The notes: a model not told the origin generated them from the sequence alone. Counted from the stretch's first letter, positions 46,828-56,991 are shown. The stretch: DNA of 64,000 nucleotides from an uncultured Rhodothermaceae bacterium (GCA_964525535.1 CAZGHT010000006.1:43544-107543); one strand, 5' to 3'. Made by a program: numbers and translations.

Positions 46828-48006
46828 TCAGACCACCTCAGAGGTCGAGACCCGTTCGATGAAGGTGTCAATTACGGTATGCAGGCTCTCCTCGGAGGTA
46901 TTGAGGGGAGGCATCAGGCGAATGACATGGGGATGCATCGAACTGCCTACGAGGATGCCGGCTTCCCTGAGAGCCGCGATCACCGGCTTTACGGGTGTCT
47001 CCAGGGCTACACCGATCAGGCACCCGCGTCCTCGTATGGCAGCCACGTGGGGTTCCAGGGCTCCTCGAATAGTGTCAAAAACGAGTGCAGCGCGATCCAT
47101 GAGGTTCTCGTCACGGATGGTTTCCAGGGTCGCAGTCAGGGCAGCCATAGCGATCATGCCGCCGCCGAACGTAGATCCGTGATCACCCGGGTGGACCGTT
47201 TCGGCAATGCGATCGGCAACCATAACGCTTCCCACGGGGATGCCGGAGCCCAGGCTCTTTGCCATCGTAATCAGGTCCGGGAATACGTCGTATCGTTCGG
47301 AAATAGAAAATGTGCCCGTTCGCCCTACCCCGGTTTGCACCTCGTCGTAGATCAGGCATGCGCCATGGGCGTCGCACAGGGTGCGTAGTTGCCGGTAGTA
47401 TTCGATGTCGGCTTCAAGGATGCCGGCCATGCTCTGAATCGGTTCCAGAATGACGGCTGCAATATCCGAATGAGCGGCAAATGTTTGCTCAGCAGCTTCT
47501 ATCGAACCAAAAGGAATGAAACGGGCAGGAGGCAAAATTGACCCATAAGGGTGCCGGTACTTGTCTATGCCGGTAGCGGCCAGGCTGCCGAGCGTACGGC
47601 CATGGAACCCATCCTGAATGGCTACGATTTCGTGTTTGCCCGTGAAGGTGCGAGCCATCTTGAGCGCCGTTTCGTTGGCTTCGGTCCCCGAATTGCAGAA
47701 ATAAACGTGCTTCAGGGACGGCGGCGCCATGGTCGCGACCAGCTCCGCGGCCCGGGCGCGCACAGGGCTATACACTACGTTGGAATAGAATATCAGGTCT
47801 TTCGCCTGTTGCTGGATGGCCTGAACGACTCGCGGCGGGCAGTGGCCGAGAACCGTTACACAGTGCCCACCATAAAAGTCTATGTATCTTTTTCCTTCCG
47901 TATCCCATACCAGATCCCCCTCGCCCCTCGCAAGCGCAATGGGATATTTGTTGTAAGTCGGTACCTGATACCGGTCTTCGAGCTGAATGATGTTTTGTGT
48001 ATGCAT
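46828..48006 (-). CDS. argD: Acetylornithine (acyl-ornithine) aminotransferase
   Basis: FCNSGTEANE, DEVQTGVGRTG and the PLP-lysine context MAKSLGSG. Confidence 0.9.
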   Translation of the reverse strand: MHTQNIIQLEDRYQVPTYNKYPIALARGEGDLVWDTEGKRYIDFYGGHCVTVLGHCPPRVVQAIQQQAKDLIFYSNVVYSPVRARAAELVATMAPPSLKHVYFCNSGTEANETALKMARTFTGKHEIVAIQDGFHGRTLGSLAATGIDKYRHPYGSILPPARFIPFGSIEAAEQTFAAHSDIAAVILEPIQSMAGILEADIEYYRQLRTLCDAHGACLIYDEVQTGVGRTGTFSISERYDVFPDLITMAKSLGSGIPVGSVMVADRIAETVHPGDHGSTFGGGMIAMAALTATLETIRDENLMDRAALVFDTIRGALEPHVAAIRGRGCLIGVALETPVKPVIAALREAGILVGSSMHPHVIRLMPPLNTSEESLHTVIDTFIERVSTSEVV

Positions 48007-48059
48007 GAAGATTTGGCGTCTGGCTTCAGAGGAGTATACGTTCTAAAGATCCGTTGCTG

Positions 48060-49094
48060 TTAGTCACTATACGCGTGTTTCCCCACCGGCAGCAAGCCCA
48101 GGGTTTCGGGCAATCCCAGCAGAATGTTGAGGTTCTGTATGGCCTGGCTGGCCGCGCCTTTGAGCAAGTTGTCGATCGCAAATCCGACGACGAGTTCATG
48201 TTCCTGTACGACCCATCCGATGTCGCAGAAGGGGGTGTAGGCGGCATAACGGAGTTCCGGCAGTGCGTCCGGCCAGAGGCGTATCAAGGGTCGGCCGGCA
48301 TAACTCCGGGTGTACCAGTCCGAGACGACCTCCAGCGAAACGGAGTCCGGCAACGACACCTGGGCCGTCCCCCAGATACCGCGCGTCCACGGGCCCGAAA
48401 CGGGGGTAAACGAAACCCGGTGATGTTCGCCCACAACTTGAAGGATTTCGGGAAGGTGTTGATGAGCCAGCACTTTGTAAGCGCGTACGTTGCCGTCCCG
48501 AGTCGGGTAGTGGGTGGTTGGTTTAGGGCTGGCACCTGATCCAGAAGCCCCCGTGAGGGCCGTGACTCTGAAGTGGGCTTCATCCAGGTGTTCGGCTGCC
48601 GGCCACAGGGCCAGCGAGATGCCCGTCGCGAAACATCCCGGGTTCGCGATCCACTTCGAACCTTCCGGATAGGGCGACCGGACCTCTGGAAGTCCGTACA
48701 CGAACTCCTCCAGTACGTCGTGGGCCGGGTGCTCGAAGTTATACCACGTGCGGTATAGATCGGTGCGCTGAAGGCGAAAATCGGCGCTCAGGTCGACGAG
48801 CACACCCGGGTACCCGTTTCGGATGAGTTCCGTGAGGGTGCCGGCGCTTTTACCGTGTTCGGCAGCGATGAGGATGCCGTCCATATCGAACAGGTTCAGG
48901 TCGTCGACATCGCTAAAGGCCAACGAAGTCTGGTGACGAAGAGAGGGGTGGGCATACCAGACGGGTTTGCCGGCGAACGTGCGGCTGGTCACTGCAGAGA
49001 GATCGATTTCGGGATGCCCGGCCAGCAGGCTGATGAGTTCGCCCCCTGCATATCCGGCTCCGTGAAGTAGTGCGATCTTGAAGGGATTCGTCAT
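48060..49094 (-). CDS. argC: N-acetyl-gamma-glutamyl-phosphate reductase
   Basis: Internal Met gives MTNPFKIALLHGAGYAGGELISLL. The active-site motif ANPGCFATG is present. Confidence 0.9.
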   Translation of the reverse strand: MTNPFKIALLHGAGYAGGELISLLAGHPEIDLSAVTSRTFAGKPVWYAHPSLRHQTSLAFSDVDDLNLFDMDGILIAAEHGKSAGTLTELIRNGYPGVLVDLSADFRLQRTDLYRTWYNFEHPAHDVLEEFVYGLPEVRSPYPEGSKWIANPGCFATGISLALWPAAEHLDEAHFRVTALTGASGSGASPKPTTHYPTRDGNVRAYKVLAHQHLPEILQVVGEHHRVSFTPVSGPWTRGIWGTAQVSLPDSVSLEVVSDWYTRSYAGRPLIRLWPDALPELRYAAYTPFCDIGWVVQEHELVVGFAIDNLLKGAASQAIQNLNILLGLPETLGLLPVGKHAYSD

Positions 49095-49126
49095 GACGGT
49101 GTCAGCTCGTTGCAAAGAAGAACGGG

Positions 49127-50326
49127 TTAAGCTTGTGATTGACGCACGTTGTGGGCGAGAAACGAGGGAACGCCGTAAATCTGGGTAAAACCGCGGGCAT
49201 CCCGGGCATCCCACAGGGTATTGGTTTCCCCGTAGCTGGCCACAGACTGGTCGAACAGGGAATAAGCGCTTTCACACCCGAGGATGCGTATGTGGCCTTT
49301 ATACAACTGAGCCGTCACGGAGCCGGTGACGACCTCCTGGGACGAATTCAGGAACGCTTCGATATCTCTCATGACGGGGTCGAAATGTTGGCCTTCGTGC
49401 AGCAGCATTCCATAAAAATTGGCAAGCTGGTCTTTCTGGTACCGCTGCCATTTCGTGAGGATGATTTTTTCCAACTCCTCGTGGGCTCTTATGAGAATGA
49501 GAGCAGCCGGCGCCTCAAAGCCGACGCGGCCTTTGATGCCCAGGATGGTGTCGCCCACATGAATGTCCCGTGCGATCCCGTGATCGCCTCCGAGCTCATT
49601 GAGTCGCTCGATGAGCAAGACAGGGTCCATGAGGGCGCCGTCGAGGGCGGTAGGGATGCCTTTCTCGTAGGTGATCTTGATCGTCAGGGGGCGGTTCGGA
49701 CACTTGGAAGGAGGCAGGGTATCCGGATAGGCCGCTTCTGGCAAAGGCTCGCTGGTCCCCAGGGTCTCCTTGCCGCCAATGGTCGTGCCCCATAATCCCC
49801 GGTTAATGGAATAGTCGGTCGTCTTGGAGGGCACGTCAAACCCTCGTTCCTGTAGATAGGCGGCCGTCTGGGGGCGGCTGTATCCGAGACTCCGGATCGG
49901 CGTGAGTATCTCCATCTCGCTGGCCAGTATGCGCAGCGCGACATCGAACCGAACCTGGTCGTTTCCTGCACCGGTCGAACCGTGGGCAATGGCGCGGGCT
50001 CCCAGCTCTCTTGCCGCCTGCACGATGTGCTGGGCCTGGGTGACCCGTTCCGGGCCGACACACAGCGGGTAGACGTTTCCCCGGAGTACGTTTCCCTTGA
50101 CGAGGTAACTCAGATGATTCCAGAATAAATCGTTGCGACCGTCGATGGTGAAGTGCTGCTCTGCTCCCAGCACAAGTGCACGTTCGTTGAGCCGCTCGAC
50201 GTCTTCGGGGGCAAGCCCCCCCGTATTCACGGTCACCGTAAGAACGGGCTCGTTGTAGGTTTCTTTCAAGTAGGGGACGCAGAACGAAGTGTCCAGGCCA
50301 CCGCTGAACGCTAAAACAATCGACAT
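49127..50326 (-). CDS. argG: Argininosuccinate synthase
   Basis: Internal Met gives MSIVLAFSGGLDTSFCVPYL. The track's N-terminal extension reads through the upstream direct repeats (FTSVFTSV). Confidence 0.9.
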   Translation of the reverse strand: MSIVLAFSGGLDTSFCVPYLKETYNEPVLTVTVNTGGLAPEDVERLNERALVLGAEQHFTIDGRNDLFWNHLSYLVKGNVLRGNVYPLCVGPERVTQAQHIVQAARELGARAIAHGSTGAGNDQVRFDVALRILASEMEILTPIRSLGYSRPQTAAYLQERGFDVPSKTTDYSINRGLWGTTIGGKETLGTSEPLPEAAYPDTLPPSKCPNRPLTIKITYEKGIPTALDGALMDPVLLIERLNELGGDHGIARDIHVGDTILGIKGRVGFEAPAALILIRAHEELEKIILTKWQRYQKDQLANFYGMLLHEGQHFDPVMRDIEAFLNSSQEVVTGSVTAQLYKGHIRILGCESAYSLFDQSVASYGETNTLWDARDARGFTQIYGVPSFLAHNVRQSQA

Positions 50327-50464
50327 GTAAATGATGCTCTTTAAAAAAAGCGCTGATCCAGAAAGAACCAGCGCAGTTGTTACACTTGTATTTGCCGCCT
50401 CGGGGGCGTTTTTGCGGTCGCTAGCGGGTCCTCCCAACTCGTTTAGAGGGGCAAGATCGTCGAC

Positions 50465-50500
50465 GACCGAAGTAAAGACCGAAGTAAAAACCGATATGCA
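50465..50500. repeat. Three phased 12-bp direct repeats upstream of the arg cluster
   Basis: gaccgaagtaaa / gaccgaagtaaa / aaccgatatgca, about 140-175 nt upstream of the argG start. Confidence 0.6.
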
Positions 50501-50668
50501 AGGCATTTGAGTTCATGGCTTCATTATACACCCGCCTGCCCCAAGAAGCAAGCTGCGATCCCGTACTCGAACGGCGCCTCGGGCCTGAAAACGCTTTTTT
50601 AGAGGGGATTCCAGCAAAACAGAATGCCCGGGACCTGCGTTACAGAGCCGAACCAACAATGAGGAGCA

Positions 50669-51412
50669 ATGCATCTAGAGAGGCCCCTATTATTTTTCGA
50701 TCTGGAGACGACCGGGCTTGATACCGAAAAAGACCGGGTGATTGAAATCGCCTGCATCAAAATGTATCCGGATAAACGACAAGAGCGTTTCGAGTCATTC
50801 GTCAACCCGGAGCGTCCCATTCCTGCTGAGATCACCCAGCTCACCGGAATTTCCGATCCACTAGTGGCGCAAGCCCCTACGTTCAGGGCGTTAACGCAAG
50901 AACTGATGCCTCTGCTGAGAGACGCCGACCTGGCTGGATACAACATCTATAATTTCGACATCCCCATGCTCGAAGCCGAGTTCAGGCGGGCCGGCATCGT
51001 CATGCCTGGGCCGCCCGACCGGGCAGCGCTCGACATGCTGGAAATTCTGAAAAAGCACGAAGTCCGCACCCTGGGATGGGCCTACAAATTCTATCTGGGG
51101 AACGAGCGAGACGGAGGTCACCGTTCGATGGAAGACACCGAAGCCGCGGTCGAAATCATGCGGGCCCAGATCATCCGTTATGGCCTCAAGGGGGCGCCCT
51201 CAGAGGTTCAGGCTGCCGTGCGGTATCCGTATCTCGACGCTGGAAAAAGGCTCAAGATCGAACGCGATCAGGTCATGATCAATTTCGGTAAATACAGAGG
51301 CAAGGCGCTTGCATATATCCATAAAACGGATCCTGAATACGTCGACTGGATGCGGGAGAACCTCGGGCAAGAGGTGGCCAGGATATTGAACGCGAACCGT
51401 GTAAACGATTGA
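50669..51412 (+). CDS. DEDDh 3'-5' exonuclease (DnaQ-like) with a DUF3820-like C-terminal domain
   Basis: FFDLETTGLD, AGYNIYNFDIPML and HRSMEDTEA motifs, with the tail FGKYRGKALAYIHKTDPEYVDWM. Confidence 0.8.
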   Translation: MHLERPLLFFDLETTGLDTEKDRVIEIACIKMYPDKRQERFESFVNPERPIPAEITQLTGISDPLVAQAPTFRALTQELMPLLRDADLAGYNIYNFDIPMLEAEFRRAGIVMPGPPDRAALDMLEILKKHEVRTLGWAYKFYLGNERDGGHRSMEDTEAAVEIMRAQIIRYGLKGAPSEVQAAVRYPYLDAGKRLKIERDQVMINFGKYRGKALAYIHKTDPEYVDWMRENLGQEVARILNANRVND

Positions 51413-51421
51413 GAGGTGAGA

Positions 51422-51961
51422 TCAGGCCTTGATGTTCAGCCGCTCGGCCCCTTTGATTTGATTGCCGTCTCTCTTGATGCGGATCACGTAATCGTTGCGC
51501 ATCACATTGAGTACGATGCCCAGCCAGTCCTGCTTCATGTGAGCGATCATACGCTCGTCGATCAGCAGTAAGTCCGCGTTTTCGCACACTTCAGCCAGTG
51601 CGTTCGAATGCCCCTCGAATAAAATGACCGCGTGACCCAGTTGAACGAATCCCTCCAGCGTCCCCAGGAAAGGAACGCATTGATAGGGGTCTTTCTGGAT
51701 GGCGTCGTAGTCGGTCATGCCGATGGAAACGATCAGCCACTGCTCCGTCGAGGGAGCCAGAGACTCCAGGTGTGCAATGAATTCCTGGGGCAGGGTATCC
51801 TTCGGAGGAAGATTGATCGATGTTTTAATATCCCGGTTGGGGGTAATTAATATGAGACGTCGATTGATCGGGTCGAACGCGAGATCCCGAGCATACTGCA
51901 CTATACCCTCTTTGAGAGGGGAAACGGCAGGCATACGTGGTGAAAAATCGATCGTTTGCAC
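51422..51961 (-). CDS. Hypothetical protein, 179 aa
   Basis: Clean ORF convergent with the exonuclease gene (9-nt gap). No motif was recognised. Confidence 0.45.
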   Translation of the reverse strand: MQTIDFSPRMPAVSPLKEGIVQYARDLAFDPINRRLILITPNRDIKTSINLPPKDTLPQEFIAHLESLAPSTEQWLIVSIGMTDYDAIQKDPYQCVPFLGTLEGFVQLGHAVILFEGHSNALAEVCENADLLLIDERMIAHMKQDWLGIVLNVMRNDYVIRIKRDGNQIKGAERLNIKA

Positions 51962-51982
51962 GCGGTGACAAGCAGAGCTTGG

Positions 51983-54091
51983 TTAAGAGGAAGCTTTCGT
52001 TGTATTCGTTACGTTCTCAACGAGGCCAGAATGGCGGAGCAATGCATCAGGAGTGGGGGGGCGACCGCGGAATGCCTTATAGACGTCCATGGGGTGTTCG
52101 CTGCCGCCGCGGGCCAGTATGGTATCTCGGAAACTCCTCCCGAGTGCAGAGATCTGGGTCGAGTTGTCGAGCCCCATTTCTTCGAAGGCTTCGAATGCAT
52201 CTGCACTGAGCACCTCGGCCCATTTGTAGCTGTAATAGCCGGCGGCGTAGCCTCCGGCGAAGATATGAGCGAAAGCGCATAGAAACCGGTCATCTTTCAA
52301 AGGAGGAAGGGCTGCCATTTCGGACGCCAGCGCGTGGTAGATGTCCATAGGGCGATCGTCCTGTCCGTGTGTGTAGCGGTGATGCAGTTCGAGGTCTACC
52401 GAACTAAAGATGAGCTGGCGTATCATGGCAGATCCTGATCGGAACGTTCTGGCGGCGACGAGCTTATCGAACAGTTCGTCAGGTAGGGGAGCGCCCGTTT
52501 CGTAATGGGCCGTCATGCCCGTCAGTGTTGGTTTATGGTAGCACCAGTTTTCCATGAACTGGCTGGCGATCTCGACGGCGTCCCATTCGACGCCGTTAAT
52601 GCCGGCCACGTCCGCATAGTCGACCGTCGTAAGCATACCCTGCAAGCCATGGCCGAACTCATGGAAGAGCGTTTCAACCTCACGGAAGCTCATCAATGAA
52701 GGGATGTCGCCCACCGGGGGGGTCCCGTTGCAGCACAGGTGTACAACGGGCCGGATCAGTGTACCGTTTACCTTCCTGCGATCCAGGCATTTGTCCATCC
52801 ACGCGCCGCCTCGCTTTTCCTGGGGCCGAGAATAGGGATCCAGGTAAAAGGACGCCAGGTGTTGGCCGGTTTCATCCAGCACGCGATAAAACTGCACGTC
52901 TTCGTGCCAGACGGTCGGTTCGTGGTCCACCTCTTCGAACTGGATGCCGAACAAGGACTCGCACAGGCCGAACAGGCCGTTGATGACCCGGTGGAGTGGA
53001 AAGTAGGGGCGAAGTTCCTCGTCGGTGAAATCGAACCGCTTTTCCCTCATGCGTTCGCTCCAGAAAGCGACGTCCCAGTGCATGAGCGGCTCTGGTTGAC
53101 CTTCCGAACGAGCGAACGCCTGGAGCTCTTCGTGCTCTCGCTCGGCGAAGGGCTGAGCCGCCTCGCGCAACTGCCGCATCATCTCCTCAACCTCATCGAC
53201 ACTGGCAGCCATTTTGGCGTCGAGGCTCAGCTCTGCGAACGAGTTGAAGCCGAGGAGTCCGGCCTGTTCCTGCCGTAAGGCCAGAATTCGGTCGATGAGA
53301 GGGGTGTTGTTTCCCGGGGCTTCCGAGGCGCGAGTGACGAAGGCCCGGTAGACGTGCTCTCTCTGTTCCCGGCGACGACTGTGCTGCATGAAGGGGCCGA
53401 AACTCGGGAAGTCGAGCGTGATGCGCCAGGGGCCGCTCTCAGGATCAGGCGCTTCATCTTCCCCTCTGGCGTGGGTGTAGGATTGGGCTGCCAGTTGTTT
53501 GAGCGTCCGCGGCCAACCCTTCGTATCGGCGGCATCGGTGACGATAAACTCGAACGCTTTGGTTGCATCGAGGACGTTGTTCGAAAAATCGTTGCCGAGC
53601 TGAGATAATTCCCGGGCAATTTCGATATATCGTTTCTGGGCGTCCCCTTCCAGACTGACGCCCGCGTGTTTCGCCGACCGGATCTTGAGATCGATGACAC
53701 GTCGCTGACCCGGTTTGAGCGTGCCCCATTCGGAGCTGGCTTTGAGCGCCTCGAGCCCTTCGAAGATGGATTTGCTCTGGCTGATGCGAAGACCGAGCTC
53801 CACGACCATCGGTAATACTGCCTCGTGAGCATGCCGGAGCGCTTCGCTGTTCCTGACATTCAGCAGATGGCCGACGGGCTGCCAGCCGTATTCGAAGGGA
53901 ATCTCGAGGTCCTCCAGGCGCTTCAGCAGCCCGTCCCAGGTGGGAACGAGGTTGGATTCGATCTCTTCGACCTCCGCAAGCGCGGCCGCACAGATGTCTT
54001 CGACGGCCTGGACGATGTGTTCTGGTTCGATCGCGTTATATTGGGGCAACCCTTCGGTAACGAGAAGCGGATTGACACTTGTCTCGGACAT
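51983..54091 (-). CDS. prlC: M3-family oligopeptidase A
   Basis: N-terminus NPLL...LPQYNAIEPEHIVQAV and zinc site LFHEFGHGLQGML. Confidence 0.85.
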   Translation of the reverse strand: MSETSVNPLLVTEGLPQYNAIEPEHIVQAVEDICAAALAEVEEIESNLVPTWDGLLKRLEDLEIPFEYGWQPVGHLLNVRNSEALRHAHEAVLPMVVELGLRISQSKSIFEGLEALKASSEWGTLKPGQRRVIDLKIRSAKHAGVSLEGDAQKRYIEIARELSQLGNDFSNNVLDATKAFEFIVTDAADTKGWPRTLKQLAAQSYTHARGEDEAPDPESGPWRITLDFPSFGPFMQHSRRREQREHVYRAFVTRASEAPGNNTPLIDRILALRQEQAGLLGFNSFAELSLDAKMAASVDEVEEMMRQLREAAQPFAEREHEELQAFARSEGQPEPLMHWDVAFWSERMREKRFDFTDEELRPYFPLHRVINGLFGLCESLFGIQFEEVDHEPTVWHEDVQFYRVLDETGQHLASFYLDPYSRPQEKRGGAWMDKCLDRRKVNGTLIRPVVHLCCNGTPPVGDIPSLMSFREVETLFHEFGHGLQGMLTTVDYADVAGINGVEWDAVEIASQFMENWCYHKPTLTGMTAHYETGAPLPDELFDKLVAARTFRSGSAMIRQLIFSSVDLELHHRYTHGQDDRPMDIYHALASEMAALPPLKDDRFLCAFAHIFAGGYAAGYYSYKWAEVLSADAFEAFEEMGLDNSTQISALGRSFRDTILARGGSEHPMDVYKAFRGRPPTPDALLRHSGLVENVTNTTKASS

Positions 54092-54253
54092 AAAAGCCTC
54101 AGTAGATCAAATAGTAAATATAGCTCGTATGGGTGGCAAACGATAGAATTGAATTCAGCTTATCGTTTTACACGTCCGCGGGTTCCCCTGAGGGACGAGT
54201 GACAGGAGAGATTACATGTAGAGCTTATCCGAGTGAGGTATTCGGGTAGGCTC

Positions 54254-55018
54254 TTAATCGGCATCGAGGCCATCGACAATGCGTCGAACTTCAGCAACCA
54301 CGCGCTCGTCTGTGCCCGGAGGGGCAGGCCTACGCAGGCGATGCAGCCCTGAGGAGGAGGCGCCTTCACGATTCTGGAGAGCGCCTTTGAATGTGCCGTG
54401 AACCTGCCTGCATCCGGTCTTTGCAAGGAGGGAAGCGACATTATCGGCACAAATTCCGCTTCCAGGGAGTATCTCGATGCGGCTCCTGGAGCAGGACACC
54501 AGGGAGGCAAGCTGCTCGATGGCGTCGCTGGCTCGCGCCTTTTGTCCGGAGGAGAGCACACGTGTAATGCCGCACGCGATCACCTGCTCCAGGGCTTCGA
54601 GCTGGGAAGGTACGAGATCGAATGCCCTGTGGAATACGGCTTCTTTTTTACCGATCTGCTCCACCAGGAGTTGTGTACGCGCTATGTCGATTTCCTGGTT
54701 TTCATTCAAGATGCCGAAAGCGAATCCGGCTACATCCTCGCGTAAGAAGAGGTCTATATCTTCACGCATGACCTGAAAGGCAGTATGGGTGTAGCAAAAG
54801 CCGCCCGTGTTCGGGCGAATCATCGCGATAATCGGCAAGGAACATACCTGTTTGATCGATCTGACGAGGCCCAGGGAGGGAGTCAGTCCATCCAGGTCCA
54901 GCGCCATGTTCACTTCCAGACGATCGGCGCCCCCTAGCTCGGCAGCAAGAGCGTCATCTACCGTAGAGACGCAGGCTTCTATCAGAACGGTTTTTCTCAA
55001 AGAAATGCAGCCTCCCAT
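54254..55018 (-). CDS. cutC: Copper homeostasis protein CutC
   Basis: LIEACVSTVDDALAAELGGADRLEV and a TIM-barrel-like length. Confidence 0.75.
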   Translation of the reverse strand: MGGCISLRKTVLIEACVSTVDDALAAELGGADRLEVNMALDLDGLTPSLGLVRSIKQVCSLPIIAMIRPNTGGFCYTHTAFQVMREDIDLFLREDVAGFAFGILNENQEIDIARTQLLVEQIGKKEAVFHRAFDLVPSQLEALEQVIACGITRVLSSGQKARASDAIEQLASLVSCSRSRIEILPGSGICADNVASLLAKTGCRQVHGTFKGALQNREGASSSGLHRLRRPAPPGTDERVVAEVRRIVDGLDAD

Positions 55019-55813
55019 TCACTCTGCCAGCCACCGAACGCTGTTGATGAGCAGGGTCTTATAGGCTTGCAATTCATGCGCGTATCCGTCGTGACCTAAT
55101 GTGATGCCTGCAATCCTGTACGTCGGGTGTTCTGCGGCCCACACGACGGGGTATTTTTCCCCTACCTCGGGGTGCTCTCCGACGGCCAGAACGTTCAACG
55201 TGAGATGGGTTGAGTCGGGTTCGAATCGATAGAGTTCATCCTCCAGTACGAACGTGGAGGGCACCTCTTGCGTGATAGGGTGATCAGGATTCGTGATTGT
55301 CACCTCGAACGACCGGTAGGGTTCGTGGCTTCGGGATCCCCCTCCGACGAGTTGGCGGTTGTAGGCCGGCCAGTCCTCCCAATTGTACCACACCGCCGGA
55401 TGGATCAGTAGAAGTCCGTTGCCCTCTTCGGCAAAATCGAAGATAGCCTGGCGGGTTGTCGAGTCGGGTATGGGCTGATTGTTCGTCAATATCAAGACAT
55501 CTACCGATGCCAGGGCCGAATCCAGGTCGCCGGGTGAATGTGTGTAAGAGGTCTCGAAGCCGGCCCCATCCAGGGTCGCCCGGTCTTCCTGGTTGAACCA
55601 GCGGTCGTAGTCGTGGCTCGATCCTCCGCCGAGGATGAGCACGCTCGGGGTAGGGGCGGCGTTCGGGGCGCCGGCCTCCTCGGGCAGAGCGTCCTCCTGG
55701 CCAGGGCTGCATGAAGCCAGGATACACAGGACCAGGAAAAATAGGGCCGGAATAACCAGCGCCCGGATGCGGCGCGGGTCAAAAAAGGCAGTGAGCGTAT
55801 AGTTGTGTCGCAT
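55019..55813 (-). CDS. ThuA-like (trehalose-utilisation/GATase1-like) lipoprotein
   Basis: Lipobox LCILASC, ILGGGSSHDY and PVVWAAEHPTYRIAGITLGHD. Confidence 0.6.
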   Translation of the reverse strand: MRHNYTLTAFFDPRRIRALVIPALFFLVLCILASCSPGQEDALPEEAGAPNAAPTPSVLILGGGSSHDYDRWFNQEDRATLDGAGFETSYTHSPGDLDSALASVDVLILTNNQPIPDSTTRQAIFDFAEEGNGLLLIHPAVWYNWEDWPAYNRQLVGGGSRSHEPYRSFEVTITNPDHPITQEVPSTFVLEDELYRFEPDSTHLTLNVLAVGEHPEVGEKYPVVWAAEHPTYRIAGITLGHDGYAHELQAYKTLLINSVRWLAE

Positions 55814-56007
55814 GAGCGTGGAATAGTTGAGTGATGCAATCGTATGTTACGGTTTCTCGTGGAGATTATCGAATGCTGGATCACTCCTATTTTGGGGGTG
55901 CCCCATCGCTCAGTACCGTTGAGATCCCCGGTCACTTGCTGCATGATCGTTATTTATGATTATATTCCAGCCTGGTAAAGGATATTAGCATCTGGCAGGT
56001 ACACTTC

Positions 56008-56982
56008 ATGATGGATCAACTCAACGACAGCAGGATAAGGCGTATCCTGGCTTTGGATGGAAGCGATATGCCCTGGAGAGAAGCCCTGCAACGGCTCGAG
56101 CAAAACGACATAACGCTGAATCGAACCTCCGTGGGTGAACACGCGATTAAATCGGTGCAGCGCCTGTTGGTCTTTCTCGGGTATTCGACGGGCATTCGCG
56201 GCGGATTCGTCATCGACGGAGATTACGGTAGAGGGACGAACCGGGGGGTTGCTCAGTTTCAGTTCGAACACGGGCTGGAGACGCCCGCGACGAGACAATC
56301 CCTCTGTTACCAGTGTACGTTCAGTTCTGCGCCGGCTAACATCGTGGCTATCCCCGATACCACCTTCGATGTGAACACGCTGAATACCCTGCTGGATGCC
56401 GCATTGGCTTCGATCGATGCGTCTGAAATTCTCTTCCGGGATTTCGAAGAAGCCATTTTCCATCTCAATGCGGTCCACACAGGGACGATGCTGGATTGTA
56501 CGGAGATGATGAAACGGTACGGAGAAGTGACGAATCGCGTAGTGATGCGTCTTAAAAAAGAGAAGGATTTGGACGTGCGGGGCGAGTGGATACTGGCGAT
56601 CATACGGCAGGAGACGGAAGGTATTGCAAGGCCTCGTTTCGAGCAGCACAAGCTGTCGAAGGCCAATGATAAACAACCTACGGGTGACTTCTCGGAGCTG
56701 CGGATTCGGTCGATGAGCATTGGGCTCGGTCAGATCATGGGCAGCAATTACAAGAAGGTCGGCGCGTCGTCCGCAAAAGCGATGATGTACAGCCCTCTGG
56801 AGGAGCAGATCCTCTTTGTAGGACGTTATATCGCCAGGAAAAAAGACATCGTATCCAAAATAGAGCCGACGATGGAAGACTTTCGCGGGCTTGCCAGATA
56901 TTACAACGGCCCTTCCTATGAAAAACAGTTCTATCACGAGCGGCTCAGACGCTGGTTCGATGAGTTCAGAAGCCTCGCTTGA
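56008..56982 (+). CDS. Peptidoglycan-binding domain plus DUF3380 N-acetylmuramidase (endolysin-type architecture), with no signal peptide
   Basis: PG_binding_1-like VQRLLVFLGYSTG...IDGDYGRGTNRGVAQFQFEHGL. DUF3380-like RFEQH, SIGLGQIMGSNY and FRGLARYYNGPSYEKQFYHERL. Confidence 0.75.
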   Translation: MMDQLNDSRIRRILALDGSDMPWREALQRLEQNDITLNRTSVGEHAIKSVQRLLVFLGYSTGIRGGFVIDGDYGRGTNRGVAQFQFEHGLETPATRQSLCYQCTFSSAPANIVAIPDTTFDVNTLNTLLDAALASIDASEILFRDFEEAIFHLNAVHTGTMLDCTEMMKRYGEVTNRVVMRLKKEKDLDVRGEWILAIIRQETEGIARPRFEQHKLSKANDKQPTGDFSELRIRSMSIGLGQIMGSNYKKVGASSAKAMMYSPLEEQILFVGRYIARKKDIVSKIEPTMEDFRGLARYYNGPSYEKQFYHERLRRWFDEFRSLA

Positions 56983-56991
56983 TAATCGTTT

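Noticed and set aside
54138-54168. 8-bp hairpin aaacgata...tatcgttt downstream of cutC
   Set aside because: The stem is short and AT-rich with a 15-nt loop. The T-run is on the strand opposite to the upstream gene. This is insufficient for a terminator call.
55211-55235. tRNA T-arm-like string gggttcgaatcga
   Set aside because: It lies inside the ThuA-like coding region. No acceptor, D or anticodon arms can be drawn around it. No other tRNA-like signatures were seen in intergenic regions.
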